Below are positions 24,115 to 37,624 of a DNA stretch of 64,000 nt, piece by piece. The notes under the pieces were generated by a model, which did not search any database, was not told where the DNA came from, and saw only the letters and a program-made list of their open reading frames with translations. A program made the translations under genes and the position numbers. Each line of letters starts with the position of its first letter. Within the stretch, counting starts at the first letter, position 1. Origin of the DNA: Paraspadella gotoi (Eukaryota; Animalia; Chaetognatha); NCBI GenBank assembly GCA_051294375.1, contig CM119270.1, positions 9,931,205 to 9,995,204 on the forward strand, read 5' to 3'.

Positions 24115-24210
24115 TTGCGTTGCCCCCATGAGGATTTGCGCTAAAGCGGCGACGACAGCGACGTCTAACGCTGGAGAGACGCAACACGAACAGGAACGAT
24201 CTCTCTCGTA
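24115..24210 (-). CDS. PRRT3/4-like exon 5 (TM6)
   Basis: ttcag|YERDRSCSCCVSPALDVAVVAALAQILMGATQ|gtaatg. Confidence 0.83.
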
Positions 24211-24529
24211 CTGAAAGGGAGAAAAAATAAATGATGCTTGATCTTTTAATTTTCATTTAAATTTACATATGTACGATACATATAAATTATTTTTCATTTA
24301 TTTTAAATTTTGAAAATGGTATTACGTAAAAGACGATCAGGACGGGCGCGAGGAGCGAGGGTAAGCCCTAAATCGACTCAACTGTTTACAAATCCTCAAT
24401 TTCCCAATCCCACTGAGCGTTAATCGAAAACGGGGGATAATACAATTGAAGAGATTTGTCTCCAATCCCTTTTCGTCCTCACATGAGAAGAATACACCAT
24501 TAACACTCACACTTCACACCCACACTCAC

Positions 24530-24649
24530 CTGCTTCGCCCTGTTTTTGGCGGCGACGACGACGAAAGCTCTTTTGATCACGTGATGACTCGCCAAGAAAA
24601 TCAGTGTGAGGATCATGGACCACAAGACGTAAAACCCTTGCGCCGCCCA
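24530..24649 (-). CDS. PRRT3/4-like exon 4 (TM5)
   Basis: cttag|WAAQGFYVLWSMILTLIFLASHHVIKRAFVVVAAKNRAKQ|gtgagt. Confidence 0.85.
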
Positions 24650-25054
24650 CTAAGTAGATAATGTGTTAAAATATTTGTGAGAAAAATAAACTATTAATTA
24701 AATAACAAGAACGGTAATTCCAATGTGATGCGCCGCAGTGACTTTATTTTCACATGTATTTCCCTTTGATGACATATGACATGACATGACTAAAAAACAG
24801 AAACAAAAAATCTTAAAGGAATAGTGATCTCACCAGACGAGAGGAGGAAATAAAGAAATAAAAAAAGAAAGACAAAAAATTGATGCGATGATAACCAATA
24901 ATCAATAATTGATGCGATGATAACCAAATGATTGATGCGATGATAATCATTCATTGACGCGATGAATCATTCATCGTAAATAAAACAATATGAGTGAGAG
25001 AGAGAGAGAGAAAGAGAGAGAGATATATAGAAGGAGAGAGAGAAAGAAAGAGAA

Positions 25055-25460
25055 AACAAGTTTGTGCAAACAATGTCGGATCTGCCTACGATAATTAAGT
25101 GGTAATAAGCTAACGTGGTCAACTTGCATAATTTAATCAACTTGCATAATTTGGTCAACTGACATAATTTGGTTAACTGACTAAATTTGGTCTACTGACA
25201 TAATTTGGTCAACTGACATAATTTGGTCAACTGACATAATTTGATCAATTAAGATAATTTGGTCAACCGGCATAATTTGGTCAACTGGCATAATTTTATC
25301 AACTGGCCTAATTTGGTCAACTTGCATAATTTGGTCAACAGGCATAATTTGGTGAACTTGCAGAACTTGATCAACTTGCAGAATTTGGTCAACTGGCATA
25401 ATTTGGTCAACTTTAAGAATTTGGTCAACTGGCATATTTTTGTCAATTGGCATAATTTGG

Positions 25461-25491
<31 letters not shown>

Positions 25492-26206
25492 GAGAGAGAT
25501 AGAGAGAGAGAAACTTTAAAAAATACAAAAAAATGTGTCTTTTGGTTTTCTAATTTGAACTCTTTTCCACTCCTACGATTCCATCAAAAAATTTATATCC
25601 AGCTTTATCACATACTTTCCTACCCACACACAAAATTCAATTTCGATTTATCTATCCAATTTTTAATAAACATAATAATTATGTGTAAATTTAAGTAAAA
25701 ATACTTCAAGTAAATATGACTTTTGTTTTTTCCATTTTAACTCATTTCCACTCGCACGATTCCATCGAAACTTTAAATCCAGCTTAATCACACACTTTCC
25801 TACCATCATACAAAATTGCAAGTCAGTTGCCATATCCACTCATGAGCAATAGTGAAATATATTTTTTTGTTTTTTCCATTTAAACCAATTTCCACTCGCA
25901 CGATTCCCTCGAAACTTCATATCCATCTCAATCACACAGTTTCCTACCCACACACAAAATTTCATACCAATCCATCCATCCAATCACGAGTAATTAGAGT
26001 TTTTTGCTAAGGTGGTATGGACGGACAGACAGACAGACAGACAGGCAGACAGACAGATGGACGGACATCATTTTTTTTGCATAATTTATCATAATTAAAT
26101 GTTCTGACATGATATAAGTGTGTGCCCGACAATATTGAGGGGGCGGACCGACGGACCGACAAAGTGAATTATAGAGTCGGGATCTGCTGATAAGCAGATC
26201 CGACTA
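25055..26206 (-). mobile_element. HINE/DINE-1-like element
   Basis: Same termini; 18-bp array ~25115-25465. Confidence 0.82.
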
Positions 26207-27041
26207 AAAAGAAGTCCAACTGTAAGAGATGATTTCAATGATTTTTCAATCTCATTTACATATTGCAGTATTAAATCTAAATTAGACTATTTTCATTTTG
26301 AAATTTTCCGACTAAAAAGAAGTCCAACTGTAAGAGATGATTATTTAATATGATCTTAAATGAGATTTTTCAATCTCATTTACATATTACAGTATTAAAT
26401 CTAAATTAGACTATTTTCATTTTGAAATTTTTGGGAACAAACACGTTCCAGGCAAAGTGCAAGAATGATTGGAACACCGTACCTTCATAAGCGACGGCAC
26501 TTTTACTCGCAAGTGGCAACTCTCTTTCCTCTTCCTTTCTCATTTTCTCATTTCCTTGAATTTGGTAATACTTCTATTCTAGGGCCGAGAAATCTTCCTC
26601 ACCCACTCCGCCCCCCCTCAGTGAATCAGGGAATCCTTGTCTTCCTAATGGGCGGAGCTCTTCTAAATTGTTTCATCACCGTCGGAGGCCGAAGTGAAAA
26701 TCGGGGAAGAGAAAGACGTGAGATTCGCTAATCGGAGCAAAGAAAAAGAAAAAGTAGGAGGAAAGGGGAGAGGAATAAGATTTAAGAAATAGGAGGAAAT
26801 AGGAGTCATTAAAGTAATACTTATAAAAAATATATAAGTACTCTGTTATGTAGTTCTCTTTGTCAATATTTTGGCGACAACAACAACGACAACAACAACG
26901 ACAATAACAACGACAACAACAACAACGACTCTTTTTGCTATCGTCGTTTTTCTCTCTGAAAATGATTTTGATCATTACATGTTGTAAATATATTCGTGAA
27001 ACATCTTATTTTTTCTTAAAATTCCTGCTAATTCATTTACC

Positions 27042-27486
27042 TAAGTGGTGAACCCTACCATCGAACACGCAACCTTCTCAGGATATGCTACGACAAACGC
27101 CTATGCCCCCACAACTCGCGCTCTCTCTCTCTCTCTCTCTCCCACTATGGTAACAGTCCTGTCAGACACCTCTCAGACTTGAGGAACCTGAGTGATGTCT
27201 TGGCCCGGGGATCCTGTGGTGGTATATTCACACCAACTAACGTCCACGATCGTTCAGCCAATACCATTGGCTCAGAGGGGGAACACACCATCTCAGGCGT
27301 TGTGTTTAATCCACACTCCACACAGTCCACAGTCCTAACGACTTTCCTCTGCGTTGGCAAATCGAGACCGTCCTAGGGTAACCGCGCCAGTGACTGGATT
27401 CGTCATTGAAGGTCGGAAGCCCCCAAAGCCAACAGTGAGAAGCCCCATCCCAATGGGCATCACAGGCAACCCGGCTGTTGCCATAA
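27042..27486 (+). mobile_element. Family 2, one complete unit (445 nt) with terminal TAA redundancy
   Basis: Starts TAAGTGGTGAACCCTACC and ends GTTGCCATAA; these two ends are contiguous in the 2804-3093 copy (TTGCCATAAGTGGTGAGCCC). Confidence 0.9.
27353..27433 (+). ncRNA. Type-P5 twister ribozyme fold, family 2 (T1 intact)
   Basis: GTTGGC-AAA-TCGA-GACCG-TCCTAGGG-T^AA-CCGC-GCC-AGTGAC..GTCATT-G-AAGG-TCGGAAGC-CCCC-AAA-GCCAAC; predicted cleavage 27379/27380. Confidence 0.8.
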
Positions 27487-28138
27487 TATCGTCTTTTTGG
27501 TTGTCATTGCGTTCATTTTATTTTTGTTAGCACTTCCTTGTGATGTCTCAAGTTTAAGTGAAAGCTATACGAAGAAAACCCCCCCAAAAAAAAATATTGA
27601 AAAAGGAAGTGTAACGAATATTAAATAATTAAAAGAGTAAAATCTAAACATGTAAAAATCAACGGTTTTAAAGGAAAATAAAAACAAAAAGAAAAGAAAG
27701 AAATCAACTTCAAGATATTGAATGGAAGAAGATCGAGAGAAGAAATTCAGAGATGTAAATTCGGCAAAGAAGGAGATTGAAAGGGAAGAAAAGGAGAATA
27801 TGGATTCAAAGAGGCGGAGTCAATTAGTGAAAAAAAAAACACCCTACTAAAAAAATAAAAAATTAAAATAAAATATAAGCTAAAAAAAGACTACATAAAC
27901 TTAGGTAGTAGAAAATTCTTTCTTTGCCTCACGACATCATCATCCTCTCATGAGCGACTCTGTCCTCTTATCATAACTTTCACTTTAGTTTAATAGGAAA
28001 AAGAGGCGCTTTTTCGATGATTAAAGAACCTTTTTAAATAATTTTTTTTTCGACTCGAAAGATGGCGAAGAGGATTTTTTAAAGCTGAAGTTTTCTTTTT
28101 TGGGTTTGCTCCATAACCGTGTTCAAGATTTATCACAG

Positions 28139-28217
<79 letters not shown>

Positions 28218-28242
28218 GAGAGAGAGAGACTTTTCCAATCAC

Positions 28243-28365
28243 CTGCAAAAAATGAAAAGTTTTAAAGATGGCGGCGATGACGACGCAGGACATCGTGACG
28301 AGAAAGTGGAAGGTTGTGACGGTCATCACAGTCGCCGGATGTTTGAGTCCGTGAAGCAAGGAAGT
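28243..28365 (-). CDS. PRRT3/4-like exon 3 (TM4)
   Basis: ttcag|TSLLHGLKHPATVMTVTTFHFLVTMSCVVIAAIFKTFHFLQ|gtgatt, phase 0-0. Confidence 0.85.
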
Positions 28366-30424
28366 CTGAAAGAGGAGAACAATTTTATGTTTTACAGTTG
28401 ATTTTTTTTTGTTTAGTATACTAATCTAAAAAGTCAGGGGTGAAATAATCCTTAAGTTACGCTGACAAGTTTGAAAGAAGGAATACCTATTACTTTTACC
28501 ATTCGTACTTCTCTTTCATTTCAAAACAGCAATTGATTATTAAATATTCGGGATCACACGCATTTTTTTCAATTTATAAAAAAATAGAAAATCGCGAACT
28601 GTGATTGGTCAATATTGGTCATCTGACCTTAAAATCTTTGTATTTTAAAGATTTTTTTTAGGATAAAAAGTTATTTGGAATGAATATTTCGCACAAAACA
28701 ATTGACAAAGATTTTGATAAATGTCTATGAATGAGTTGTATTCATTGTATTTCCAAGTGTTAACTGAAGTTTAGCCTAACAATGGCCAGCGCCGCAACTT
28801 TCATAGTTTTAATTTTGCTTCCCGAATCAGATTCAGTCCCACATTTATTGATGTAGAAAAATAAAACTTAAAAAATCGACAAAACCAATCGCTATCCTTG
28901 GAAAGAAAAGACCTACCATTAAATTTGCCAAAAACGATGAATGAAAAAAAAATCTTGAAAAGATACAGGATCCTCGAACGAGACCTTACATGTCAAAGAA
29001 ATTAATGAAAAGTAACTATAATCTAATTTGCATATTGCAGTAAATCATAATGATGTGAAAAATTCAAACAAAAAAATACTTGAATCGATATAAAAAAAAA
29101 TAAATACACATTTCAGCTGCTCACATAATGGAACTTGATAACTAGAAACATTGTTTGATAGTTTAAAACCATAAACCGGCAAAAAAAAAGATAGAAATTT
29201 ATTTTTTATTTTTGAGAGAAGATTATTAGAAGAGAAGTGGCGAGCGAGTTTCGCCTCGACTATGGTACGATGATAATTAATACATCTGAATGAGATGATA
29301 AGCATTCATTGACGTTATGATAATCATTCATTGATGTGATGATAACCATAGTGATTGATTGACTGATTGATATAATAGTAATTGATGGATGTAATAGTAA
29401 TTGATTGATTTTATGTAATTGTAATTGATTGATGTAATAGTAATTTATTTAATGCGGATGATAACCAATAATTGATGCGATGATAACCAAAAATTGATGC
29501 AATCATTGACGCGACTGAGTCATTCATTCGTAAATAAAACAAACAAACCGTGTGTGAGTGAGAGAGAGAGAGAAAGAGAGAGAGAGAGTGTACGAACTTT
29601 GTTTCCAAACATAAAAACATATTCTGACTAATCTCAGAAGCCGTAAAATAAATCCACGAAAAACTCGGATTGTAAATTTGGGATTTTGTATTGAGAAAAA
29701 AGCGCGGAATAAATGGCCGATAATAAAAGTTTTTAGAAAGGAGAAAAATAATCAGAATTTTCGAAAAACGCACGATCACGCAAGAGTCGTACAAGAGAGA
29801 GAGACAGAGAGAGAGACCGAGAGAGAGACACACAGAGAGAGAGAGCAAAGAAGAGAGAGAGACACAGAGAGAGAGACACAGAGAGAGAGACACAGAGAGA
29901 GAGAAAGAGAAAGCTGGACAGCTGCTGGACAGCCGCTTCAGAACTGAACTCGTTTTTAGACGAATCTGAATAGGGTCGAACTCCTTTCCTTTCTATAAAT
30001 AAATATTAAAAAATAAATACTTGGGTATAGAGTCATATAAGAAATTTTTTGTACATTGAAAGTATAATTAAAAATGTATAAATTTTCGTTTGAGCATGTT
30101 CCCAAACTAAATTTTTGACCCACCCCTTTGAGAGGGGCTTACCCTATTCGAAGAAAAAATAATCAGAGAGGAAGAGAGATAAAAGTGGAGAGAGAGAGAG
30201 AGAGATAGAGAGAAGCTGGACAGCTGCTGGACCGCCGCTGCAGAGCTGAACTCGTTTTCGAAGAATCTGAGTAGGGCCAAACTCTTTTCCTTTCTATAAA
30301 TAAATATTAAAAATAAATATTTGGTATAGAGCCATATAAGAAATTTTTTGTACATTGAAAGTATACTTAAAAATGCATAAATTTCCGTTTGAGCATGTTC
30401 CCATACTAAATTTTTTATTCACCC

Positions 30425-31030
30425 ATTGAGAGTAGCGGGAGCCGACCAAATTCAAATTTTAATGGGAACAGCATTAAACTAATTCATTATTGGTATTAAT
30501 TATTGTTAAAATATTTTTTTGCAAAAATGTTCCGAACCATGAGTAATTCGCTAATTAATATTATTATATGTCTATATAATGTTAAAATTTTTTGGATATT
30601 TTAAGTTTTTTTAATTGATTCTGATAGAGCTTAAAAAGTTAAGCAAAAAATATAATTACAACTTTTTAAAATTTTGATGTTTTATTACTAAAAATTAGTA
30701 AAAACTGCTAAAATCATCGGATGATGATGATGATGATGATTTTTTAAGGTTTTTCTCAATTTTAACCCACTTATCATCAAAATATTGGAAAAAGAATTAT
30801 ACTTTGTGTAGATAACTTTTCATAAGCTATTTGAATCTGCTTTTAAAAATAAAAAATTCCAAAAAAAATTTTTGACATTTCCTATCTATAAATAAATATT
30901 AAAAAATTAATTACTAATGCTTCTTGCCATTTTAGAAAATTTTGCTCCATTGAAAGTTTTCTCAGAAATGTATGAAGTTTCATTTGGAAGGTTCCCAAAT
31001 CAAACTTCTGACCCACCCCATTGACGAAGT
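30425..31030 (+). repeat. ~600-bp AT-rich dispersed repeat (MITE-like)
   Basis: Reverse-complement near-identical copies at ~55508-56113 and ~61173-61775. Confidence 0.7.
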
Positions 31031-32146
31031 CTTCCTATTGAGAGGGCTTCCCCTATTCAGAAGAAAAAAAGAGAGAAAGAGAGAGCGACATATAATTAAA
31101 AGAGAGATAGAGAAAAGCCTGACAGCCGCTGGAAACAGAAGCAGCAGCGATGGAGAAAAAGAGAAGAGAGAGCGCGACATATTATTAAGAGAGAGAAAAG
31201 CTCAACAGCCCTTTTACTCTTACCTAACAAGTAAATACCTATGGCGCCCGAGGGAGCGCAAACGCCTCCCCAATCTGAAGGACTCGGGTTCGCGCCCTTG
31301 TGAAGCATACAAGAAAAGCGGAAAAAAAGAAAAAGAAAAAAGGGAGAATGGATGGTAAACTGCTGTGCGGCATCGTCCTTAATATTGGTGAGCCCACAAT
31401 ATATATATATATATATATAAATATAATTTTTTTTGTTAAAAAGAGAGAGAAGAGAGAGAGAGAGAGAGAGATAGAAGGAAGCTGACGATGCTGCACGACG
31501 CTGCAGAGCCAGAACTCGTTTTTAGACAAATCAAGAAGAAAAAAGAGAGAAGAGAGAGAGAGCACATATAATTAAAAGAAAGAGAGAGCGGAAAGAGACA
31601 TATAATTAAAAGGTTTTTGTTTTATAAATAAAAATAAACAAATAGGAATATTGATATGAAACATGGGAATATTAAAGATCCTGATGATTAGAAGCCATAT
31701 ATAAATTTCCTATGATATCACACTTTTAGAAGCCACGATTGCAAAAAAGCGTGACGCAGACGACGACGACGACGACTACGGCACAAAGAAGCAAAAGCGA
31801 ATTATTATAGAGACACGACCGGCTTCGCCCGGTCTGTCTCGATAAAAATATCTTGTTTTGATTTTCATTTCATTCAACTGCAAATGAGAAACCAAAAATA
31901 CCCGTGTTACATCTTTCTCTCTCTCTCTCTCACTCATGACATAGATCCACTAGGAGTCCAGTAAAATTGATTTTGTATCAGGCATATAAACTCTCTTTCT
32001 CTCTATATTTTAAAAACGTCTGGTGAATGATAGGACATATAAGGAATAATTTATAACAGGGTCTCACAAGTTAATTACAATTAAAATAAAATGATACAGA
32101 GTTGACCGATATTGAACCTTATCACCCATTCATCGACTTGGGTTTT

Positions 32147-33374
32147 TAGTCGGATCTGCTTATCAGCAGATTCCGACCCTATAAATCACTTTGTCGGTCC
32201 GTCGGTCCCACCCCAAAATATTGTCGGTAAATCATTATTATCATATCAGAACGTCGAATTATGATAAATTATGCAAAAAAATTCCATCCGTCCGTCCGTC
32301 CAATTACTCGTGATTGGATGGATGGATTGGTATGAAATTTTGTGTGTGGGTAGGAAACTGTGTGATTGAGATGGATATGAAGTTTCGATGGAATCGTCCG
32401 AGTGGAAATTGGTTTAAATGGAAAAAACAAAAAAATCTATTTCACTATTTGAACGCCAATTGCTCATGAGTGGATAGGGCAAGTGACTTGATATTTGTAT
32501 GATGGTAGGAAAGTGAGTAATTGAGCTGGATATAAAGTTTCGATGGAATCGTGCGAGTAGAAATGAGTTAAAATGGAAAAAAACAAAAATCATATTTACT
32601 TGAAACATTTTTACTTAAATTTACTCATAATTATTATGTTTATTAAAAATAGTGAAACAAGTAATTTGCAAATTTTCATAGACAAATTGAAAATGAATTT
32701 TGTTTGTGGGTAGGAAAGTATGTGATAAAGCTGGATATAAATTTCTTGATGGAATCGTAGGAGTGGAAAAGAGGTCAAACCAAAAGACACATTTATTTGA
32801 ATTTTTTAAAGTTTCTCTCTCTCTATCTCTCTCTGATTGATTGATTGATTGATTGACCAAATTATGCCAATTGAAAAAAATATGCCAGTTGATCAAATTC
32901 TGCAAGTTGACCAAATTATGCCAGTTGACCAAATTATGCCAGTTGACCAAATTCTGCAAGTTGACCAAATTATGCCAGTTGACCAAATTATGCCAGTTGA
33001 TAAAATTATGCCAGTTGATAAAATTATGCCAGTTGACCAAATTATGCCGGTTGACCAAATTATGTTAATTGACCAAATTATGTCAGTTGACCAAATTATG
33101 CCAGTTGACCAAATTTTGTCAGTTGAACAAATTATGTCAGTTAACCAAATTATATCAGTTAACCAAATTATGTCAGTTGACCAAATTATATCAGTTAACC
33201 AAATTATGTCAGTTGACCAAATTATGCAAGTTGATTAAATTATGCAATTTGACCAAGTTAATTATCATAATTATAATCATCATTATTATAATCATCATTA
33301 TTATCATAATTATTATCATCATCAATTATCATAATTATCATAGGCAGATCCGATATTGTTTGCTCAAACCTGTT
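32147..33374 (+). mobile_element. HINE/DINE-1-like element
   Basis: Same termini; 18-bp array ~32852-33257. Confidence 0.82.
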
Positions 33375-36300
33375 TTTAATTAGAAGCATTATCTTGTCCC
33401 TTTCCAGACGATAGCGCAGCCGACAACAAAAGCTGAGCTGTTTTGGTATCAAAGAAGCCCAGGGCATTATTTTTTACTCTTTAAATCTTTCTCACTCTTT
33501 CACAATTTCCTATCTCTTTTTCATGTCTTTGTAAGTTCTTTTAATGCTTGCTTGTGAAGCAAGAAAAATACTTTACAATCTATGAAATAATAATTAATTT
33601 TTTTATTTATTCAATTTAGAGACCTTTCATTAGGCAATTATAACATTTGGGATAGAGAGGAACATAAAGAGAGAAAGAAAAAAAAATTTGAATTAAATTA
33701 TGTATCTTAATCTCATTTGCATATTATAATTTGCATATAGTAAAAAATGCCTAATGTGTGTAATAGTTATAAAAAGTTAGTTTCATTTTTTCATTCTAGT
33801 CTATGACTAGTAACGAAATAACCGAGAGGTAAACCTTAACTCCTTACTCGATCCGCCTTATTACAAATAAAGTACGATTTTTAATTCTTCAGCATTAATC
33901 ATTCTTCTTGTCAGACTTTGAAGAATCTGACCGCGCTTCGTCCGAGTAAAAAAATATGAGGGCGAAGGAGGAAGGAATCTTGTGACTTGCGACGAGAACG
34001 TGAAAGGAAAGAAAGAAACTAATCTTTTTTGACCTCGAGTCTCGGGAGGAAAAAGAGGAAGAAAAAAATTAAATATAAAAAGAGTAAAAACTAAAGAGAA
34101 AAGAAATAAAATTTAAAAAAGAGGGAAAAATGAATTTAGCGAAAATTGGTCAGAAAATGACTAGGGCAGTGATTTCTATCGAGGAATTGAGCAAAAAAAA
34201 CCACTTTTTGCAATATTGCTAGAATATTACCTACAAAATTAATTAAATTGCAACCCGAAGACAAAGTGGGCTAGACTACGGATTAATTGAAGGAAATAGT
34301 TAGTAATATTTTAAATTAGCCTCCATATTAGTAATTATACTTTCGTTTCAAATTTTGTCTCTTCTAAATTTATCTCAAGTTCCAACAGTTATATATTTCA
34401 ATAGCATTCCCAGAAACTCAGCGGCTATTTTGTATAACATTTTGTTCTAAAGTAGAATAAAACAACAGAAGAAGAACGAGAGGGAGCCGAAGATTTAATA
34501 CATCTCCATTTTTAGGATCTCAAGGGAGCTAAGAAAGCAATATTTTAACACTGTTTGATTTATTAATAACCAAACTTTGGCAATTCTCACCAATTATTTC
34601 GAGGAATATACTTCAAAAACTAGATTAGACAGATTATGCAATAGATCCAGCTCTCTATCCGTCATTCTTTGAGCGGCCACAAGACCACGTTTACGCAACA
34701 ATTTTGCTCACGTTCTACGTTACGGAGTCAGCCTCGAATGGTTATCGTACTACGGATGAGCTGTATAGTTGTCGCGAGTTGATAGGAGTGAGTAATATAA
34801 TGATTTATTTGTTTCTTTGTCTCATATGATATAAGCAATGCAGTGAAAGTGAAGTAAATTTTTTTCCTTAAAACGTTTGTGTATTTTAGTTTTTTTATTA
34901 TCTTACCTCTCTGACATTAAGATATATGATGTATGATGAAAAAGAAAACAATTTTTGATGCTTTCTACTCTGAATCAACCAATAACATTAACCTAAAAGC
35001 TAAATATTATATAAATCATGACATTTTTCTTATAATGTCTCAGATCTATTATGTCAAGCTGGCTAATGACTGATATAATAGTTTCACGACAGTCCTACTG
35101 ATCAGTGCGTAGGGGTCGTGCCGAAACAACATCTTATCTCATCTTTTCTTCTTGAATTTCCTCCAATCAATAGATTGAGTCTCCAACCGACTCGGCAAAA
35201 GAATATTTTATTTCATGATTAGATACAATATTCTTTCGAATTTTTTCGACACTATATTTATCTATATTTCTATACTTATATTATTATACTATATATGTCT
35301 ATCTATCTATCATATTATAAATTTATTCTCCCTATTTTATATATATATATATATATATAACATTAATCTTATATATCTATATTCGACTTGTCAATTATTA
35401 TTTTTCTGTCTTCCTATTTTTAAATTTATTTCTTCGTCTATTATATATCTATACGGTTGAAACTATATCTATATATTGTAACAGAGATGGATAGATATCA
35501 CGAGTGGTACAGAGAGCAGATTAATTGGCTATAATATAGTTATTATCAAATCTCCCTTTATCGAGGGGAACCGTACCTAAAGAAATAAAAATACTGAGCT
35601 AAAACGATATATATACTTTATCAGTATATATAATATATCTATATATCTATATCTTATATTTACGATTACTTTATTCTATCTCTTATCGGACTGCTCTCTA
35701 CGATCCGAGATATTAAAATCACTACCAAAATTTCAAACAAACAAACAAACAAAAATGTACTTCTCGCGCACTATTGTCCGTAACCGCACGCCAAGAGAGA
35801 ATGACCGTCGTGCAAAACTGTGCCGCCGCGCAGCCATGAGGGAACGGCCGTTGCGGAGGCTATGGATGCACGCGGAAGTGCAGAGGTCTGAGCCATCATG
35901 CGGAGCACACCGAAAGATGGATTCGAAATACATTCTTTTATACACGAAAACGCCGGCAACCGACAGCGATCCGTGGACGAAGAGACGACCGAGCACGCGA
36001 TTGATCGAGAACATTCTACAACCACATGATGCATCCTTCAATCGGCTCCGCGAATCAGGGCGTCGACGTGCGGAAGATGAGTCGATCATGACTTTCACCC
36101 TCTGAATTGACCCGCTGCCAGGACGACACACGCCCACCGCTGTTTCGACCGACGAAGACAGGAGACCTCTTTGCCGAGGTTATGAGGGCCGACGAATCGG
36201 CTGACGCGTCCGTTGGAAACCGTGCGCCGCCCGACTGTCTACCATTTTCCGACGCCAATTCTGCCGGCGCCAACATCGACCACGGTCTCCGTCCGCCGAG

Positions 36301-37524
36301 AAGCCGCACGCCGCCGCTTCGCGGAGCTATTCTCTGGTCCGCTGGGATGCCACGATTTCGTCTCTGATTCGAATCCCCGAATGCAACAACACTACCACCG
36401 AATCATTAGGAAATGGAGCGTACCGTAGAGGGCCGTGGCCGACGCCGAACGCGAACCCATTTCCGCGGGAAGGAGTCTTCGCACGTCTTTGGGCTTATCG
36501 AATGCGTTCTTGCCATGCAGCCGCCGCCGCCCGCCGCCCAGGACTTTGCTTCGAGAGTCCTGCGCCCCGGGATTCCATACACCACTTGCTTTACTTAAAT
36601 TTTAGTTTTATTATTAATTATTAGAGCGATACTGCGCTTGAGCTGAATGATGAATCGAATGTCATTTACGTGAGGATTTTATGTTCCTTCTTCTACTGCA
36701 TGTACATGAATGTCCGAATTCTATTAGCGTCGGTGATCCTGTGAAGGCATTTCCAATGACATAGAAATAAAAGGTAGACAAGTGGTTACCTTATTCCCGT
36801 TCTCCAGGAGAGGCCGCAATTCATACCTAGCCATGGACCAGACCGACTGAAAATCGAAATCGAAATTTTGTACAAAACTTACGCTTTTTGTCGACTCTAG
36901 AGTTAGGTTGTCATACCTGGCTTAGCTTATAGATATAACATTATTGTGTCGTCTCATCATACCGTCAACTTTTACAATATGCCGCCCGGATCATCTTATC
37001 GCAGAAAGTTTGGCAACACGACGCGACGGAAACAATTAGAAAATTCGAAAATAGGTAAACACGCTGCTGCCTAAAAAATTTTCGCGATATTCTATTTCAT
37101 TCATCTTAGCAAATAACAGCGCATGTAGAGCGTATATCCCTACCAAACAACAACTCTTTCCCTTCTGCAGGAGAAACCGAAAGCTGACAAATGAATTTAA
37201 TTTCTGAAACACGAGGCCCTTGTTTGTACAAAATTCTAACCAATAATCACAAAATAAATTCCAATGAGTCAAGAACATCTTCCCCTTAGAATCTTTTTTG
37301 CGCCCTGGATCCCTGAAGGTGGAATGCCGCTGCACCCTGCAGGGGTCTGAAACTCCAAGAAGCAAACAAATCGCCTGCAGCGGATGCAGCTCCTGCTACA
37401 CCAACGTCAAACGGTTGTGAGAGCCCACCAAAAGGCCTAAGGGTTGTTGAGAGGCACCAAAAGGGCTAAGGGTTGTGAGGAGGCCACCAATATATCTATG
37501 GTTGTGAAGGCACCTAATATTATA

Positions 37525-37624
37525 NNNNNNNNNNNNNNNNNNNNNNNNNNNNNNNNNNNNNNNNNNNNNNNNNNNNNNNNNNNNNNNNNNNNNNNNNNNN
37601 NNNNNNNNNNNNNNNNNNNNNNNN
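37525..37624. other. Assembly gap (100 N); other gaps at 7073-7097, 52813-52822, 55366-55375, 62729-62753
   Basis: N runs. Confidence 1.

Noticed and set aside
27440-27482. Minus-strand GCCGGGTTGCCTGTGATGCCCA resembling the 7SL/Alu 5' end
   Set aside because: Similarity is short and gapped, and it is on the strand opposite the A/B boxes and ribozyme.
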